Positions 48,925-62,430 of a stretch of 64,000 nucleotides of DNA are shown here, piece after piece. Location: the NCBI RefSeq assembly GCF_006345805.1, contig NC_043009.1:38812001-38876000 (forward strand). The letters are read 5' to 3'. Both the position numbers and the translations under genes were made by a program. Position 1 is the stretch's first letter. The number at the start of each line of letters is the position of its first letter. The DNA is from Octopus sinensis. Lineage: Eukaryota. The notes under the pieces are model-generated. The model did no database searches, had not been told where the DNA came from, and saw nothing but the letters and a program-made list of their open reading frames with translations.

Positions 48925-49281
48925 AGGCGTAATGGTACAGAGAGTACCATTACACAAATTCCATTCCCACACAAATACCAACCTTAACGACACATACATT
49001 TCCCACAAACACTTCCAGAAAACTCTTACCGACTTGCAACATAACTACACTGGTGGTGATCTTTTGGGACTAAGGTACAAAACTCTTAATTCAATCACTT
49101 ATTCGTTTCGTCATCTTTTTCACAGCAACGGCAAATTGGATGTGTCTACTTAACTCCAACAGTAAAGAGCAGTCGTCATATTTCCTTGCATGCCGGCTAC
49201 GTCTTATGAGCGTAGGACTACGTAATCGGAGTGTTACCTAACACTCCGTTGAATCCCATTTATAATATATAATATTTTCAG

Positions 49282-49714
49282 TGTCAACGTTGTGTTGACA
49301 GTATACAACCACTATATCGACCCACCACCGCTCATGTCTCTCTGAGACATTTAGAAATTCAATATTTCTAATTTTGGTAACCAGTGAATAAATTTCACTG
49401 AAAATATTATATATTTGCAAAGCGGTCGCAACCATCTCAGCTAGCAGGACTTACTACCCTGGACTGATGACGGGCAAAACCCAGAAACATGTCTCCAGGT
49501 GCTAATCCTAGCTGGCGGGAGTGCTTGCCTCCCCTTTGCAAATAAAAGGGCACAGGAAATGTGTCAAAGCCGATATGAAGCGTCGATGCTTCCTAGGGCT
49601 AAATAGCGGTGATGTGATTCCCTTTACGGGACTGTCACGTTATGTTGACAGTATACAACCACTATATCGACCCACCACCGCTCATGTCTCTCTGAGACTT
49701 TTAGAAATTCAATA

Positions 49715-49721
<7 letters not shown>
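49282..49721 (+). mobile_element. 350-bp hammerhead-containing unit with ~90 bp terminal direct repeat (retrozyme-like or Penelope-like terminal repeat)
   Basis: 49282-49371 is repeated at 49633-49721; GTATACAACC at 49301 and 49651 gives a period of exactly 350. Central hammerhead; the 3' end abuts (TA)n. Confidence 0.75.
49458..49499 (+). ncRNA. Minimal type I hammerhead ribozyme
   Basis: Helix I CCTGGA/TCCAGG, extendable with bulges to CAGCTAG 49438-49444 / CTAGCTG 49508-49514; core CTGATGA; helix II GGG-CAAAA-CCC closed by a C.A mismatch; GAAA; palindromic helix III ACATGT; GUC triplet with predicted cleavage after 49493. Confidence 0.85.
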
Positions 49722-49774
<53 letters not shown>

Positions 49775-49792
49775 TATATATATACATATATA

Positions 49793-49935
49793 TTTACTTG
49801 TTTCAGTCATTTGATTGCGGTCATGTTGGAGCACCATCTTGAAGAATGTTTTAGTCGAATAGATTGATCGCTGTACTTATGTTTTAAAGACTAGTACTTA
49901 TTCTGTCGGTCTCTTGTGCCGAACAGCTAAGTTAC
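49793..49935 (-). mobile_element. SINE family A tail fragment
   Basis: TTTACTTGTTTCAGTCATTTGATTGCGGTCATGTTGGAGCACC...GCCGAACAGCTAAGTTAC. Confidence 0.85.
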
Positions 49936-49949
49936 TTCAAGGAAATATT

Positions 49950-50330
49950 GCAACTTTTCATCTGAAGCATTTCTAGAGATTTTAGAAAAAAAGTATGAAT
50001 ATAAGATCAGCTTCACTCTCAAGATGCTGATATTACTGCTGCTCAGTTCTCTTGTAGCATCGACAATAACATTGTTATTAAACAATGTATGTAAAGTCCA
50101 TAAACTAAAACCACCCATAACACCATTCAATAGATGGAAGAATCTACCAGGTGTGTACAATTTAAGTAATTTACTCGGTATTTGACATATCTGTCAGATA
50201 ATGAGTATAGCTAGTAGCTTGGGAGATTGGTGACACGCGAAGAAAAAGGAAGGCAATTAGAAATTGTTTTATGAACTCGATAGTGGAAAACGGTGACTAC
50301 TACACACGGGTTACAATTCCGTCATGAAAA
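49950..50330 (+). pseudogene. Ancient RTE-like LINE relic (post-RT region)
   Basis: Frame-broken pieces FHLKH / ILEKKYEYKISFT / LGRLVTREEKGR / LFYELDSGKR follow the RTE order FH..CLR.IL.I.W.D.I...WLGHV.RM...LFYGEL..GKR. Confidence 0.4.
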
Positions 50331-53300
50331 GTGGTTTTTATTAAAAGAAACAGTTATATGGTAGAAAAGCGAAGAGCACCATCTGTTAACGAATGGAAGT
50401 AGACTGTAGGTGGATAATAAAATATTAGTGCTAAAGATATTTATACGTTTCTAATGCTGAAATCTGGTCGTCTCTAATGTATGGAATATTCAGGGAAAAT
50501 GATGACGTTGTAGTTAGTGCTTCATTTATTTAAGAGAAAAAGAATACACACAAGTACACACACATACAAACACACACAAATACACACAAAGACACACACA
50601 CACACACACACAGCAGACACAAGCATACGTTGATACATATAGAAAGGCCATCTCAAATTATTCCAACACGATATTAACTGAAGCAATATCTCAAATGTTA
50701 ATATTTCATAATTGAATTCAAGACTGCTGCTACAAGTATAACGAAGGCTTTAAATTAATGATTCTTGCGTCTATATTAAGTGTCTTATTGTAAACTAATA
50801 TAAATTAAATACCATACATTAATCAAACTGAAGCAAAATATATCATTAACTAGAATACTATTTCTATAAGGTCACTTAATGGATTTTTAATTTCTCCCAA
50901 ATAGACATTGAAAACAACCCCGATTTGAAGCAACCCAGCTCCTTGTTTGCGTATATAGTTTGATAATCCGAACTCAAACAATGTACAGTGTATCCTTTTA
51001 GATTTGGTTTCTTGCCTATTTATAATTTATATGGAATAGAAACATTTGAAAGGCAAGTAAACTCAATATGATGTGATTGACTTTATTAATTAAAAAAAAC
51101 CAAATAAACAGACCTTAAACTCAAAGATAAATGTCATTATTTAAGCTATCACGAAATTTGAGATAAATTTTCTATACTTTTAATGTTTGTTTTAAAAGAG
51201 TTATCGTTTATTTCACTTTAATATATTTCTTTTCTAATTCATTAAACTCACAACAATATAGGGGAAATAATGGTAATGTACTAGAAAATATAATGTGAAC
51301 GAAATAAGAAAAGGTAGGTAGAAGAATATTGATTGCTGAAAGATAAGTAGCAATTGAAAAATTGTTTCAACAATGAATGCAACCACGAAGGAAAATTAAA
51401 AAAAAAAAATTAATGATTGGATATAAGGGAAGATTGTTATTTATTCGGTGTTGTTATTGCAACATCTAAGCATGTATTTTGAAGATTGAAAATATTTTCC
51501 TCTAAGTGGTCATAGTTGTGGGAATTTTGACGGACTGATAAGAACTGGAGAATTTTCATCGCTTTACCAGTTTTATAGTATTGAAGGTAAGTCTACTGGG
51601 AATGGAAAAATTATTACTGATAAAGACAACTATCTAGAATAATCTTCAACTGGTTATAAATATTGAATAATTTATGGCAATATAAAAGGTTGAGCGTTTC
51701 AGAAAAACTTGCCTCGTATTGAAATATATCTCATTACATGAGTTATCCTGGAGCATTCAGAACAAGGGAAGTATGTTTGTGTAAGGTTTTTATAATGCAT
51801 TTATTCCTGTTGCTATTGGTTAAAAAACCTATAAAACATTCACAATTAATCTGTAATTCAACCTTCCTCATATGTTCTCAAGTTTATGCTAAAATTCCTT
51901 TTTGTAATATAAATTTTTAAGTACCATATGATATATCGATTTTACCGAAAACAATTGAAAAACCCTAAAGAAGACGAACAAAAAAAATGGAATAACAAAC
52001 ACTTCATAGCTGCAATGTCCATTAGAGAAAAATCCATATTTTTGTCTTTCAGATAGTCGTCGAAAAATAGTATCTATAATGTATGGCTTAAAACAATCAA
52101 ACGAAATTCATCAGGGTGAAACCTTAGGCGACATTTTCCGACGTAGAAGCTTCGAATTTCTATTTTAAACTAAACAGAATAAAACATAAAATGTGTAACT
52201 AACAAGCGGTTGTTGTATGTAGTATGTTGTTATCTGCAATATATTTGGATTCATGTTTCATATTTCCATCAAAGTGTAAATATGCATCCGCGGGACTACG
52301 TCAATAAATGCCAATGCAAAAACTAATGACCTGCACTGCTGTGGGTAGGGGACATACTAGCTAGGCAATAACGTTAGTCAGATGTTGCCAATAGTCACGC
52401 AATACAGCGAAGAATAGCAATGAATAACGGAGAGGAAGATGAAGAGAAACAGACGTAATTTCCTCGTAAATATTTACCACATGAAATCATAAAGTTTTGC
52501 CAGAGTCTGGCAGAATGAGCGTCACCAGCAATTACTTTAGACTGACATTAACATGCAGTATGCAACAATATTTTCCCCGATTTTAGATTTTTTCTCCTTT
52601 GAATAGTGTATTTATTTTTATTTATGTTTTTTGTTTTCGATATATTTTTTTCGTCCTGAACACTTGTACGTGAAGAGTTTAAGAGTCATTTGGAAAGATA
52701 TATCATGTATTAGAATGAAAACATCATATGAATATAGATTAGATATCAGTTACTTTTTTTTCAATGTAGAATAAATCAATAAATAACACTGAAATGTTCA
52801 AATGTACATTACTATTCAGGAACTTCGAACATAATATTTCAATATAAGGTCTTTATAAAAACAGGCAGCATTCATTTTCATGTTTTTCTTTCTTTCAGGA
52901 ATGATGAGTAATTTCCTATGAAGGTCAGTATATATTTATGACTCTTTACAATCTAATTCTCTTCGTTTATCTGAATTATAACCATTATTATGGTTGTAAA
53001 TTAGTTTTAAAACAGCGAGACAGAAAAAAAATATATACATTTCTGATATTTTCTGCCATTCCTCTGAAATATTGTTTCAATGTTTCCTGATGGCTCTGTA
53101 TTCTTTGCAACTTAGGCTTACATTACTGTTGTAAAACTCACGACTTTAGATGATATTTCACCATTCACCCCTAAATATCTCCTGTAGCATATTTTTTTTC
53201 TTTAACAATTTAAAAAACATATATAATTTTATTTTAAAGAATGTATACATTTCGCATACTATCTTTTATTCAGATTATAATCAATTTCAACGAGCTGGAT

Positions 53301-53734
53301 ATTCTCTGAATGGTTAGACATCAAATAGATTATATTTTACGACAATAAAATAATGTTTATCAATAAAATATATTATATTTTGCCTTTTGTAATTTGGAAG
53401 TATACACATACACACATACACACATTTTTTTTCTTCATAATTTTTCATTGAAATATTAATGAAGTCCACTCATAACTGAACTACAAAATCTTTGAGCTGA
53501 TATTTTCATTATAGCTGAGTATTATATATGATTTAATGAAAAATACTAATAGAAAATGAACATAAGTCGTTTGAAAGCAATAAGAAAGATAATACGTTTA
53601 TAAAATAGACGCAAGTATATTATTTGTCTTTCGAATGAAACGAAATTATATATATATATATATCAATAAATACATATATACATACACACATATATATATA
53701 TACATATATTTACATATACATATATACATATGAA

Positions 53735-53791
<57 letters not shown>

Positions 53792-54764
53792 GTGCATATA
53801 ACTGAACTCACACACACTCACACACATACACATACACACGCATTGATTATATATATATGTCGGTGATGTTACTTCTTATGAAAATGTCGAGTTCATCTTT
53901 TATCATACAATAATAGATAAAAATGTCGCACTTTGTTGGCGACCAGCTGGAATTCGTCAAAGGACAAACAATGAATTCCAATGAACGTAAATACTCATTT
54001 GCACCGAGCTATGTAACTACAAATTTGCATAAAAGCCTAAAAACCCTGAGATTCTCAAAAACAAGGAAGCAAAAATAAAGCTGTATGATTCACATCTCTC
54101 AAATACACTCGATTAGAGGTACATTGAAGATTTACTAACCATTGCATGGATTCGCTGCTTGGGGTTTGCTGGCATAAAAGCATGAACACTTTTGCATGCG
54201 TTTAGATTCATTAATGGCACGCATACAGTTGCGTACTAAAATTAAGATCATGCCTTTCAGTTGAGTGCAGGCTTATCTACATTCGGACTTACATATAGGC
54301 TTCATAACTATGTATGGCTACATTCATAGTTGTACTTAATGCTATATGTAACTCATTCAGATATGCACAAATCCCAAGAATTGCCTTGTATTCTGAAAAG
54401 GTAAACTTCAATGAAAAAAAAACATTCACGCATATGAGATACGTAAACGCACACACACACACACACACACACATACATACACACGTATCTTTCAGTATTA
54501 TGTTTGTGTAGAGGGTCTGAGATCGTGTTTTCAGAAAGAGTCAGTTACATCATAGAAGAGTAAAGTTTACCGTTTTCAAAGCACAAAAGGGTGCACTCAG
54601 CTTCCTTTATTTCATAACAGTACTGTCTACTATGTTCCCTTATACATTTATGAAATAAACAGAAGTAAATATGGAAGTCTCTGTGTATGGCTAAATATAA
54701 AAAAAATATATAATTCTCCCTTAACGTAAGCTATAACTATATGCGTGCATACACATATGTATGA

Positions 54765-54807
<43 letters not shown>

Positions 54808-54826
54808 ACTCATCAGATATACATAT

Positions 54827-54872
<46 letters not shown>

Positions 54873-54885
54873 ATATATATATATA

Positions 54886-54960
<75 letters not shown>

Positions 54961-55140
54961 TACATATATATATGTATGTACGTATGTGTAAGAGAGAGAG
55001 AGAGTGTGTGTGTGTGCTTGTGTGAAAGTGTATATGTCGATCTGTGCAAACATATATGTTGATGTACGTTATGTGTATCGATGTGTGAGTTAAGAGTGAG
55101 AGTATATATATGTATGTATATATATATATATATAATTTAT

Positions 55141-55445
55141 TTATGCACCCTTTTCAAGTATAACCAGGCTCATGGGCCCGGTTTCCCGGTTTCTGTGGCG
55201 TATGCGTTCCCCCCAGCTGGACGGGACGCCAGTCCATCGCAGCGTTACTCAGGAAACAGGAAGAAAGAGTAAGCGAAAGTTTGAGCGAAAGAGTACAATA
55301 GGGGTCGCCATCTCCCCCCTGCTAGAGCCTCGTGGAGATTTTAGGTGTTTTCGTTCAATAAACACACACAACGCCCGGTCTGGGAATCGAAACCGCGATC
55401 CTCCGACCGTGAGTCCGCTGCTCTAACCACTGAGCCATTGCGCCT

Positions 55446-55448
<3 letters not shown>
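55141..55448 (-). mobile_element. SINE family B (body B1 + tail Y)
   Basis: Near-identical to 25738-26052; the head abuts (CA)n. Confidence 0.93.
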
Positions 55449-55504
<56 letters not shown>

Positions 55505-55955
55505 ATATATATAGATAGATATACATATATGTGTATAAACGTATGTGTACGTATGTCTCTGTGTGTATGTGTGTGAACGTGTAAAAGAATTCTTCTTAAG
55601 ATGTATAAAATACTCAGTTGTTTAAGGTTATTAACCCGAAGACTTCACTAGAATATCACTAACTCTAATTTACATATGTGCCTTATCAGAAGCCGTATTA
55701 ATTAGTTTACTCATTTGAGAATTATTTAATCAGCAAATCTTATTTGTTGTCCAGCTTACATTAGCAGCTGCTGACAATTAATCACATTTAATCAGAATTT
55801 GACTCTAGATTGCATAATTTTAGCTCAAAGTTGAAATACGTTAATATATAGTAACAATTTTTCTGTTATCATCTGTCTGGAATTATAGTGTCTAAATCAT
55901 TAAGAGATACGTATGATTATCTGTATCCATGTCGAGATTTCTGTCATATAAGAGT

Positions 55956-55989
<34 letters not shown>

Positions 55990-56020
55990 ATATATATATA
56001 CATATATGTATATGTATATG

Positions 56021-56375
56021 TATCAGGTCATCCCATAAGTTGTGTCCCATTTTACCTTTTTTAAAATTGAATGAAATTTAATAGTATTTTAGTATGTCGA
56101 ATGGAATTAAAAATTATTTTCATGCATTTGTGTACATTTAATCTAATTAAATATTATTTTACAGAATAATAGAATTAAAATTTCTTTGATTAAAGCCCTT
56201 TCTAACATGGAAGTATCCAAAGAGTATTTAAGGCACACAATGCTTTATGAGTACAAAGAAGGAACCTCTGCAGCCGAAGCGACTCGAAACATACACTCAT
56301 TTTATGAGAAAGAATGCGTGAATGAAAGAACTTGCAGATGGTTTGCAAAATTCAGAAGTGCCCATTTAAGACTAT
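56021..56375 (+). mobile_element. Mariner 5' fragment (TIR + N-terminal HTH)
   Basis: TATCAGGTCATCCCATAAG terminus after (TA)n. MEVSKEYLRHTMLYEYKEGTSAAEATRNI..NERTCRWFAKFRS is a mariner DNA-binding domain. Confidence 0.85.
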
Positions 56376-56574
56376 ATACCCGAAATATTCTGTAGATTTC
56401 GACGACGCATAAGCGGCTATTCGTTCGATTACCTGGAAACCCTACCCATTGTATCAGAGCGGGCACTGGCTGAGTATTCCACAGTTACATAAATCTTTTC
56501 GTAATTCTCATTCAGAATCAATGTCGCATTAGTTTGATAAGCACAGACCTTTTAATTACAAGTATAATATGAGA

Positions 56575-56728
56575 GATGGGCCGCTTTACAGTTTTCGACT
56601 AGCCAAATTCCTTGATTACACTAGCTCCGGGTCAACCTGGGCCTATTTTAATTGCACTTGGCCAGTGAGGTCGAACCTTGGGACCTCCTGGTTGTAAAGG
56701 AAACTTCTTAACTACTCGGTCGTACCTG
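56575..56728 (-). mobile_element. SINE family A head, very degenerate
   Basis: TTTACAGTTTTCGACTAGCCAAATTCC...GGTCGAACCTTGGGACCTCCTGGTTG...CTTCTTAACTAC. Confidence 0.45.
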
Positions 56729-57329
56729 TATCGTTGGCCTAATCAATATTATATATGTGCAAGTGACTAAGTTATACATGAGTTCAGTAAACCACAGCAA
56801 GATTGAAGGGGGACAATTTGAAATTATTATTATTCAACGCTGATACTTTATTCTTGACGTCGAAGCAGTTTTGAAAATTATTCGCCGTGCATGAGTCACT
56901 ATGGCATCTATAAATACATAGTTAATATGAATTAAAGTGACGGTTCCGTTTGGTTTATCCCCATTTTAGTCCTGTTTTTTGTCCTATGTCCAAAGGGGTT
57001 TCAGCCGTGTCGCTATTGTCTTTTTCCTTTTTTTTGCTCGGCATAAACCCGCACTACGATATGCAACGTACCCTTCTATTTTTTAGAAAGGCAGTAGCTT
57101 TTGATTTGTGAGAGATTTGACGGTTTTCATAGCAGGTCAAGCGACAACAAAGACGTCCTTTTGTTGGCACCGAAAATAAGTTCAGGCATTCGCTGTGATA
57201 AGACGGAAGGTTGAAGAAGATTGCTGCTGATAAAACCAGTTTTGGCAAGGTTATATATGTGATGTTACTATGAGAGATTATTTGAGATTATGAGGCTCTG
57301 ATGTTTGATTATCTGAAACTGAGATGTTT

Positions 57330-57760
57330 AGCTGCAGAAATATTAGTAGGAGATCGTTCAAATTCATACATGCATGAGAGTATACAGTTATGAATCTACG
57401 TATTCTGCAGCGATAGGAAGTGCTTGGCATGCAGTTAATATAATGAAAGAAGGAAAGATAATTTGTGAGATAAATATTTGGAGGAATGCAGATTCGATAG
57501 ATAAAACGATTGAGACGCAATCATAAATAGTTCAGTTCCTGAAGAAACTGCAGATATTGTAGATTAATTTTTGAAGATAGTTGTTGATGGTGGTCGTGGG
57601 GGAATAGAGTTGATAGTTATAAGGTCTCTAACGGGCTTTGATAAAATTAATTACATGGTATTGCCATGGTCCCTACGGCCAGAAAATACTAAGGTGTCAG
57701 GGAAGATACAGAATCTCGTTTGGAAATGGCTGTTGCTGAAGATAAACGACCAAATATTTA
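57330..57760 (+). pseudogene. Ancient CR1/L2-like RT relic
   Basis: Ordered pieces GDRSNSY / EECRF..TIETQ / IELIVIRSLTGFDKINYMVL..VSGKIQNLVWKWL parallel the CR1 motifs seen at 43478-43800. Confidence 0.35.
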
Positions 57761-57967
57761 AAACGCTCGACGACGTTTGTTGATATTTATTCTGAGGAGG
57801 CGATGGTGGAGAAGAAACAAAAGAGACCATACTTTTTAGAGTCATCCTAGACTAGGTGAGATCAATGTGGTTGATAATCAACTCTATATTTTCTGTGTAT
57901 GAGTGATTGTGAAGAAGGGAGTGGTGTTTAGAGCTTGGGAATGAGACAAAATAGGGATGACTTAAAG

Positions 57968-58218
57968 TAGTGGTTCTGATCGTGGTCCACATGATCCTTG
58001 GGGCCCATATAAGATGTTTTTGTTAAAATTTATGTGCAATGAATCGGTTATACCTCTACAATACACTACATATTTCAACAATTTTAAATACAATTTAATA
58101 TTTAATTATGAAAATACAATGGGATTTCATTTAAATATCGAATAGCTATGGAAGTGGGTCACCCGAGTAAAGTAGGAATCAAAGGGGTCTATAGGAAAAA
58201 AATGGATAAAAATCTCTG
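57968..58218. mobile_element. Degenerate hAT (Charlie-like) MITE
   Basis: Left TAGTGGTTCTGATCGTGGTCCAC...GGGGCCCATATAAG; right AAAGGGGTCTATAGG...AATGGATAAAAATCTCTG. TIR match is poor and no TSD is seen. Confidence 0.35.
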
Positions 58219-58644
58219 ATTTCGGAGGATGAGGAAAAACCTAGTTGTTTCATGTTTATAAAAAATACAATTCCGCTTAAATTTGGGATACATTAAAAAT
58301 AAACGTCGGCCTCAGAGCTTCAGTGGCACATTATTTTGCTCCATCTTGAAAGGAAATAAAGTGATTTTGAGTTCGGCTTGGTTAGAGCTGAGAATACAAC
58401 GGACGAATATTGAACAGCAAGTTTTTCTTTTATTTCTGACATTCCAATGAATTTGCAGATCCTCTGCAAATCCTCTTAGATTGGGAATGGTGTATAGCTT
58501 GCTCGTTTCTTCGATCAAAATCTATTCTAACATTAGTAGAAGAATCAACAGCATGAAATATCACGATATGGTCTGGTGGTTATAGTGCACATGAAACTTT
58601 ACCAGCGACTTGGATAACACTTTGATGCTGAAATCTCGTAAAAG

Positions 58645-58890
58645 TGTGTGGCCTAATGGTTCGGATCTCGCGCCTAGGATTGAAAGATAGTAGTTTCAGT
58701 TCCCAGATCTGGCGGTGCGTTGTGCTCTTGGTCAAAATCCTTCATCTCATGTTGCTCCAGTCCACTTAGCAGTAAATAAGTAACCTTGAGGCGGACTACC
58801 GTTACGTTCAAGAAAAAAAATGTAATCTCGATCAATTATACGCTATGGAAACAAGGTAACCATCAATATGACTCTTGAGATTCGAGATAA
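58645..58890 (+). mobile_element. SINE family B (B2 + tail Y), very degenerate
   Basis: GTGGCCTAATGGTT...GTTGTGCTCTTGGTCAAA...CATGTTGCTCCAGTCCACTTAGC. Confidence 0.55.
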
Positions 58891-59489
58891 TAATGTCCAG
58901 AGCTTGATGAGGATAATAATAGTGGTGAATCTTGTACACATGACGGTGTAATATTAAAGTTGCTGTCCTAGATATGCGAGAAATAGGGCCATTACTTATT
59001 TACTATTTGCGTGGTCTCTGATTTCTGAAGAGAGTGAGAGAGAACCAAATCTTTAGTTTGCTATTTCAGCAGGAAAGTAAATATAGAACATCAGGAGATA
59101 TTACTTGAGACTGTGAGGTTGGCATTTTGAGGTTTAAATTGACCGGTATACAAGTGAAAATAGTGTGTGGACGCCACTATTTCTTTGATAATTGTAGTAA
59201 TTAAGTTTTAGTGTTATTGAATGAGAATGAGTTGATAATGACCTTATCAAAATGCATTTGAAAACATACCGATGTAGGCATCTTTGTTTGAGATAGACAC
59301 ATGTGGCCAGAATTATTCGGGTTGATTGTCTTCGTAAAATGGGCGTCTATTATCAATTCACAATTGCACTACTCAATATTAAAATATTATTCATCTATGT
59401 TCTTATATTCTTTTATTTGTTTCAATCATTTGACTGGAGCCATGGTGGGGCATTGCTTTTGTAAGTTTTTAAAATATATAAGTATGTAA

Positions 59490-59525
<36 letters not shown>

Positions 59526-59635
59526 TTGTGTGTGTGTGTGTTTATGTGTCTGTATGTGTGTGTATGAACGAGCGTATGTATGTATGTATGTATGTATGTA
59601 TGTATGTATGTATGTATGTATGTATCTATCTATCA

Positions 59636-59671
<36 letters not shown>

Positions 59672-59712
59672 GTCTGTCTGTCTATCTGTTTTACTATTTT
59701 ACTGTTGTAGTG

Positions 59713-60113
59713 TTTTACTTGTTTCAGTCATTTATTTGACTGCAGCCATGCTGGAGCACCGTCATTAGTCGAGCAAATCGACCCCAGGACTTGCTCTTTG
59801 GAAGCCTAGTACTTATCCTATCGGTCTCTTTTGCCGAACCGCTAAGTTACGGGGACGTAATCACACTAGCATCGATTGTCAAGCGATGTTGGGGGAACAA
59901 ACACAGACACACAAACATATACACTCACATACATATATATACATATATACGACGGGCTTCTTTCAGTTTCCGTCTACCAAATCCACTCACAAGGCTTTGG
60001 TCGTCCCGAGGCTATAGTAGAAGACACTTGCCCAATGTGCCATGCAGTGGGAAAGAACCCGGAAACATGTAGTCGGTAAGCAAGCTACTTATTTCATAGC
60101 CGCTCCTGCACCT
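59713..60113 (-). mobile_element. SINE family A, full-length
   Basis: Colinear with 61997-62430. Confidence 0.93.
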
Positions 60114-61089
60114 ATCTATGTATGGATATATAGGCATATAATATACTTAAGATGCCCTTTTTCTGAACTGAAAATTGACATATAATGACTAATAAATACA
60201 TATATATGATTATATATTATATATCAAATATATTATTAGAAAATTTAACTCAATTATCCTATATAGCATGTAGTACTGTAGATCATTATGAATTCAATAT
60301 ACATTTTTCCTTCTTTCCGTGATGGCAAAGCTCTTGTGAGTCGCTACATGACTCAGATTTATTGAAGAAGGGCGATGAAGACATAAATCTTCTGATTTAA
60401 TTACGTATATTCGCAAATGGTCTGTTACCTAATTACTACAATTAGGTCAGCAGAGACAATGTCAGATATATATTATTTTGCTAGGAAACGCAAAAGAAAC
60501 TTACCAACAGATTTAAAAAGAAAACACATCAGCAATCCGCCTTTCATTATTTTTTTTTTTTGCATCTTCTCTATTAAGTCCCATTGCCTTTCTAAAATGC
60601 TACTATACTACTGAATATATCATAGGTTTACAAGAAATATAATAAATCATATGTAACGTTACATGTGAGTGGAATGTTTCATGAAGGTGGTAAATGATTT
60701 ATTTATTCCATGATGAAATAAATAAGTATATATATGCCAAAAAGTAGAATAATAAAACAAGATTCATTATGAATATTTAATATTAGATGTTCACATAAAT
60801 CCAATAGCATCAGAACCAATCGACAAGGGTCATTATTCGCCCACGCATCGAGTTTTGCCAAATGTATTATATTATTACACCTACAGCTGCACACACAGGT
60901 GTGTATGTGTGTGTGTGTGTGTGTGTACGCGTGTGCGTGTGTGGGCTTGTGTTTTCTGGCCTATGTGTGTGTGTGTGTGTGTGTGTCTGTATATATATAT
61001 ATACATATATATATGTATATATATATACATTTATATATATATACACACATATATACGCACATGTACATACACGCATATATTTTTATTCA

Positions 61090-61220
<131 letters not shown>

Positions 61221-61996
61221 AAATATGAATGTGTATGTATATATTTAAAAATAAACCTACATAAGTACACACACACAGAATTATATACACGCACATATAT
61301 ATGACGTGCACAGTTATATATATAATTGTGTATGTATTTACGCTCACACACTCATACACATATATTTGTTTGTATGGACCTATGACGATATTACATTTTA
61401 AATCTATTTCTTGTGTGTGCTACACATCAAACCTTATATTTAATTGCATATATTCTTTATCTCTATCTCGCAACAACGAACATTGTCCACTTCCGAGGAA
61501 AGTGAAATATATAATATATTTTACCTTCCATCATAATATATTTTTTAATAGAAACAATATTAACTATTTAGACGATTTTATTATTTGTCTCAGACTAATG
61601 AGAAATTATTCAGCTATACTGTACAAACTCTTTCAACTTTTCAGAATCAAATTATTGTGAATGTAAATAAACTTGGATCTAGTTCAAATAGATATGTATG
61701 GCATTGGTGATTTACTTTGAAACGCTAATTTCATTCTGTACACAGTCGACTATATTAAATGATGTCTGTCCGAAAAAACAGGCATCTCTATTCTCTTCCA
61801 TTGATCTCCAAACACTGCCAATGTTATTCGGTTTTCCTGTCCCGCTCGTAGTAATACTACGCGAAAATGCATTCTATCTACGAACAAGGAAGGAACAGTT
61901 GAAAATGGAGAAACTTCCTATTTCCTTCTTAAGACCAGGAAACTGAAAACTCATTGTTTTATCTAAAAACTTGAAAGCGTAATCTCGAGTATAATA

Positions 61997-62222
61997 TACT
62001 CTTTACACTCCCTTTTACTTGTTTCTGTCATTTGACTGTGGCCATGCTGGGGCACCGCCTTTAGTCGAGCACATCGATCGCAGGACTTATTCTTTGTAAG
62101 CCTAGTACTTATTCTATCGGTTTTTTTGCCGTACCGCTAAGTTTACGGGGACGTAAACATACCACCATCGGTTGTCAAGCCATGTTGGAGTCGGAGTGGG
62201 GGCATACACAAACACATAAACT

Positions 62223-62258
<36 letters not shown>

Positions 62259-62430
62259 CATATATACGACGGGTTTCTTTCAGTTTCCGTCTACCAAATC
62301 CACTCACAAGGCTTTGGTCGGCCCGAGACTATAGTGATAGACACTTGCCCAAGGTGCCACGCAGTGGGACTGAACCCGGAACCATGAGGTTGGTAAGCAA
62401 GCTACTTACCACACAGCCACTCCTGCGCCT
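61997..62430 (-). mobile_element. SINE family A, full-length, well preserved
   Basis: Ends ...CTTACCACACAGCCACTCCTGCGCCT, the reverse complement of the head. Confidence 0.95.

Noticed and set aside
52901-52974. Box C (ATGATGA) and box D (CTGA) 74 nt apart, snoRNA-like
   Set aside because: No independent terminal stem or recognisable guide; box C overlaps a candidate exon; such motifs are common by chance in AT-rich DNA.
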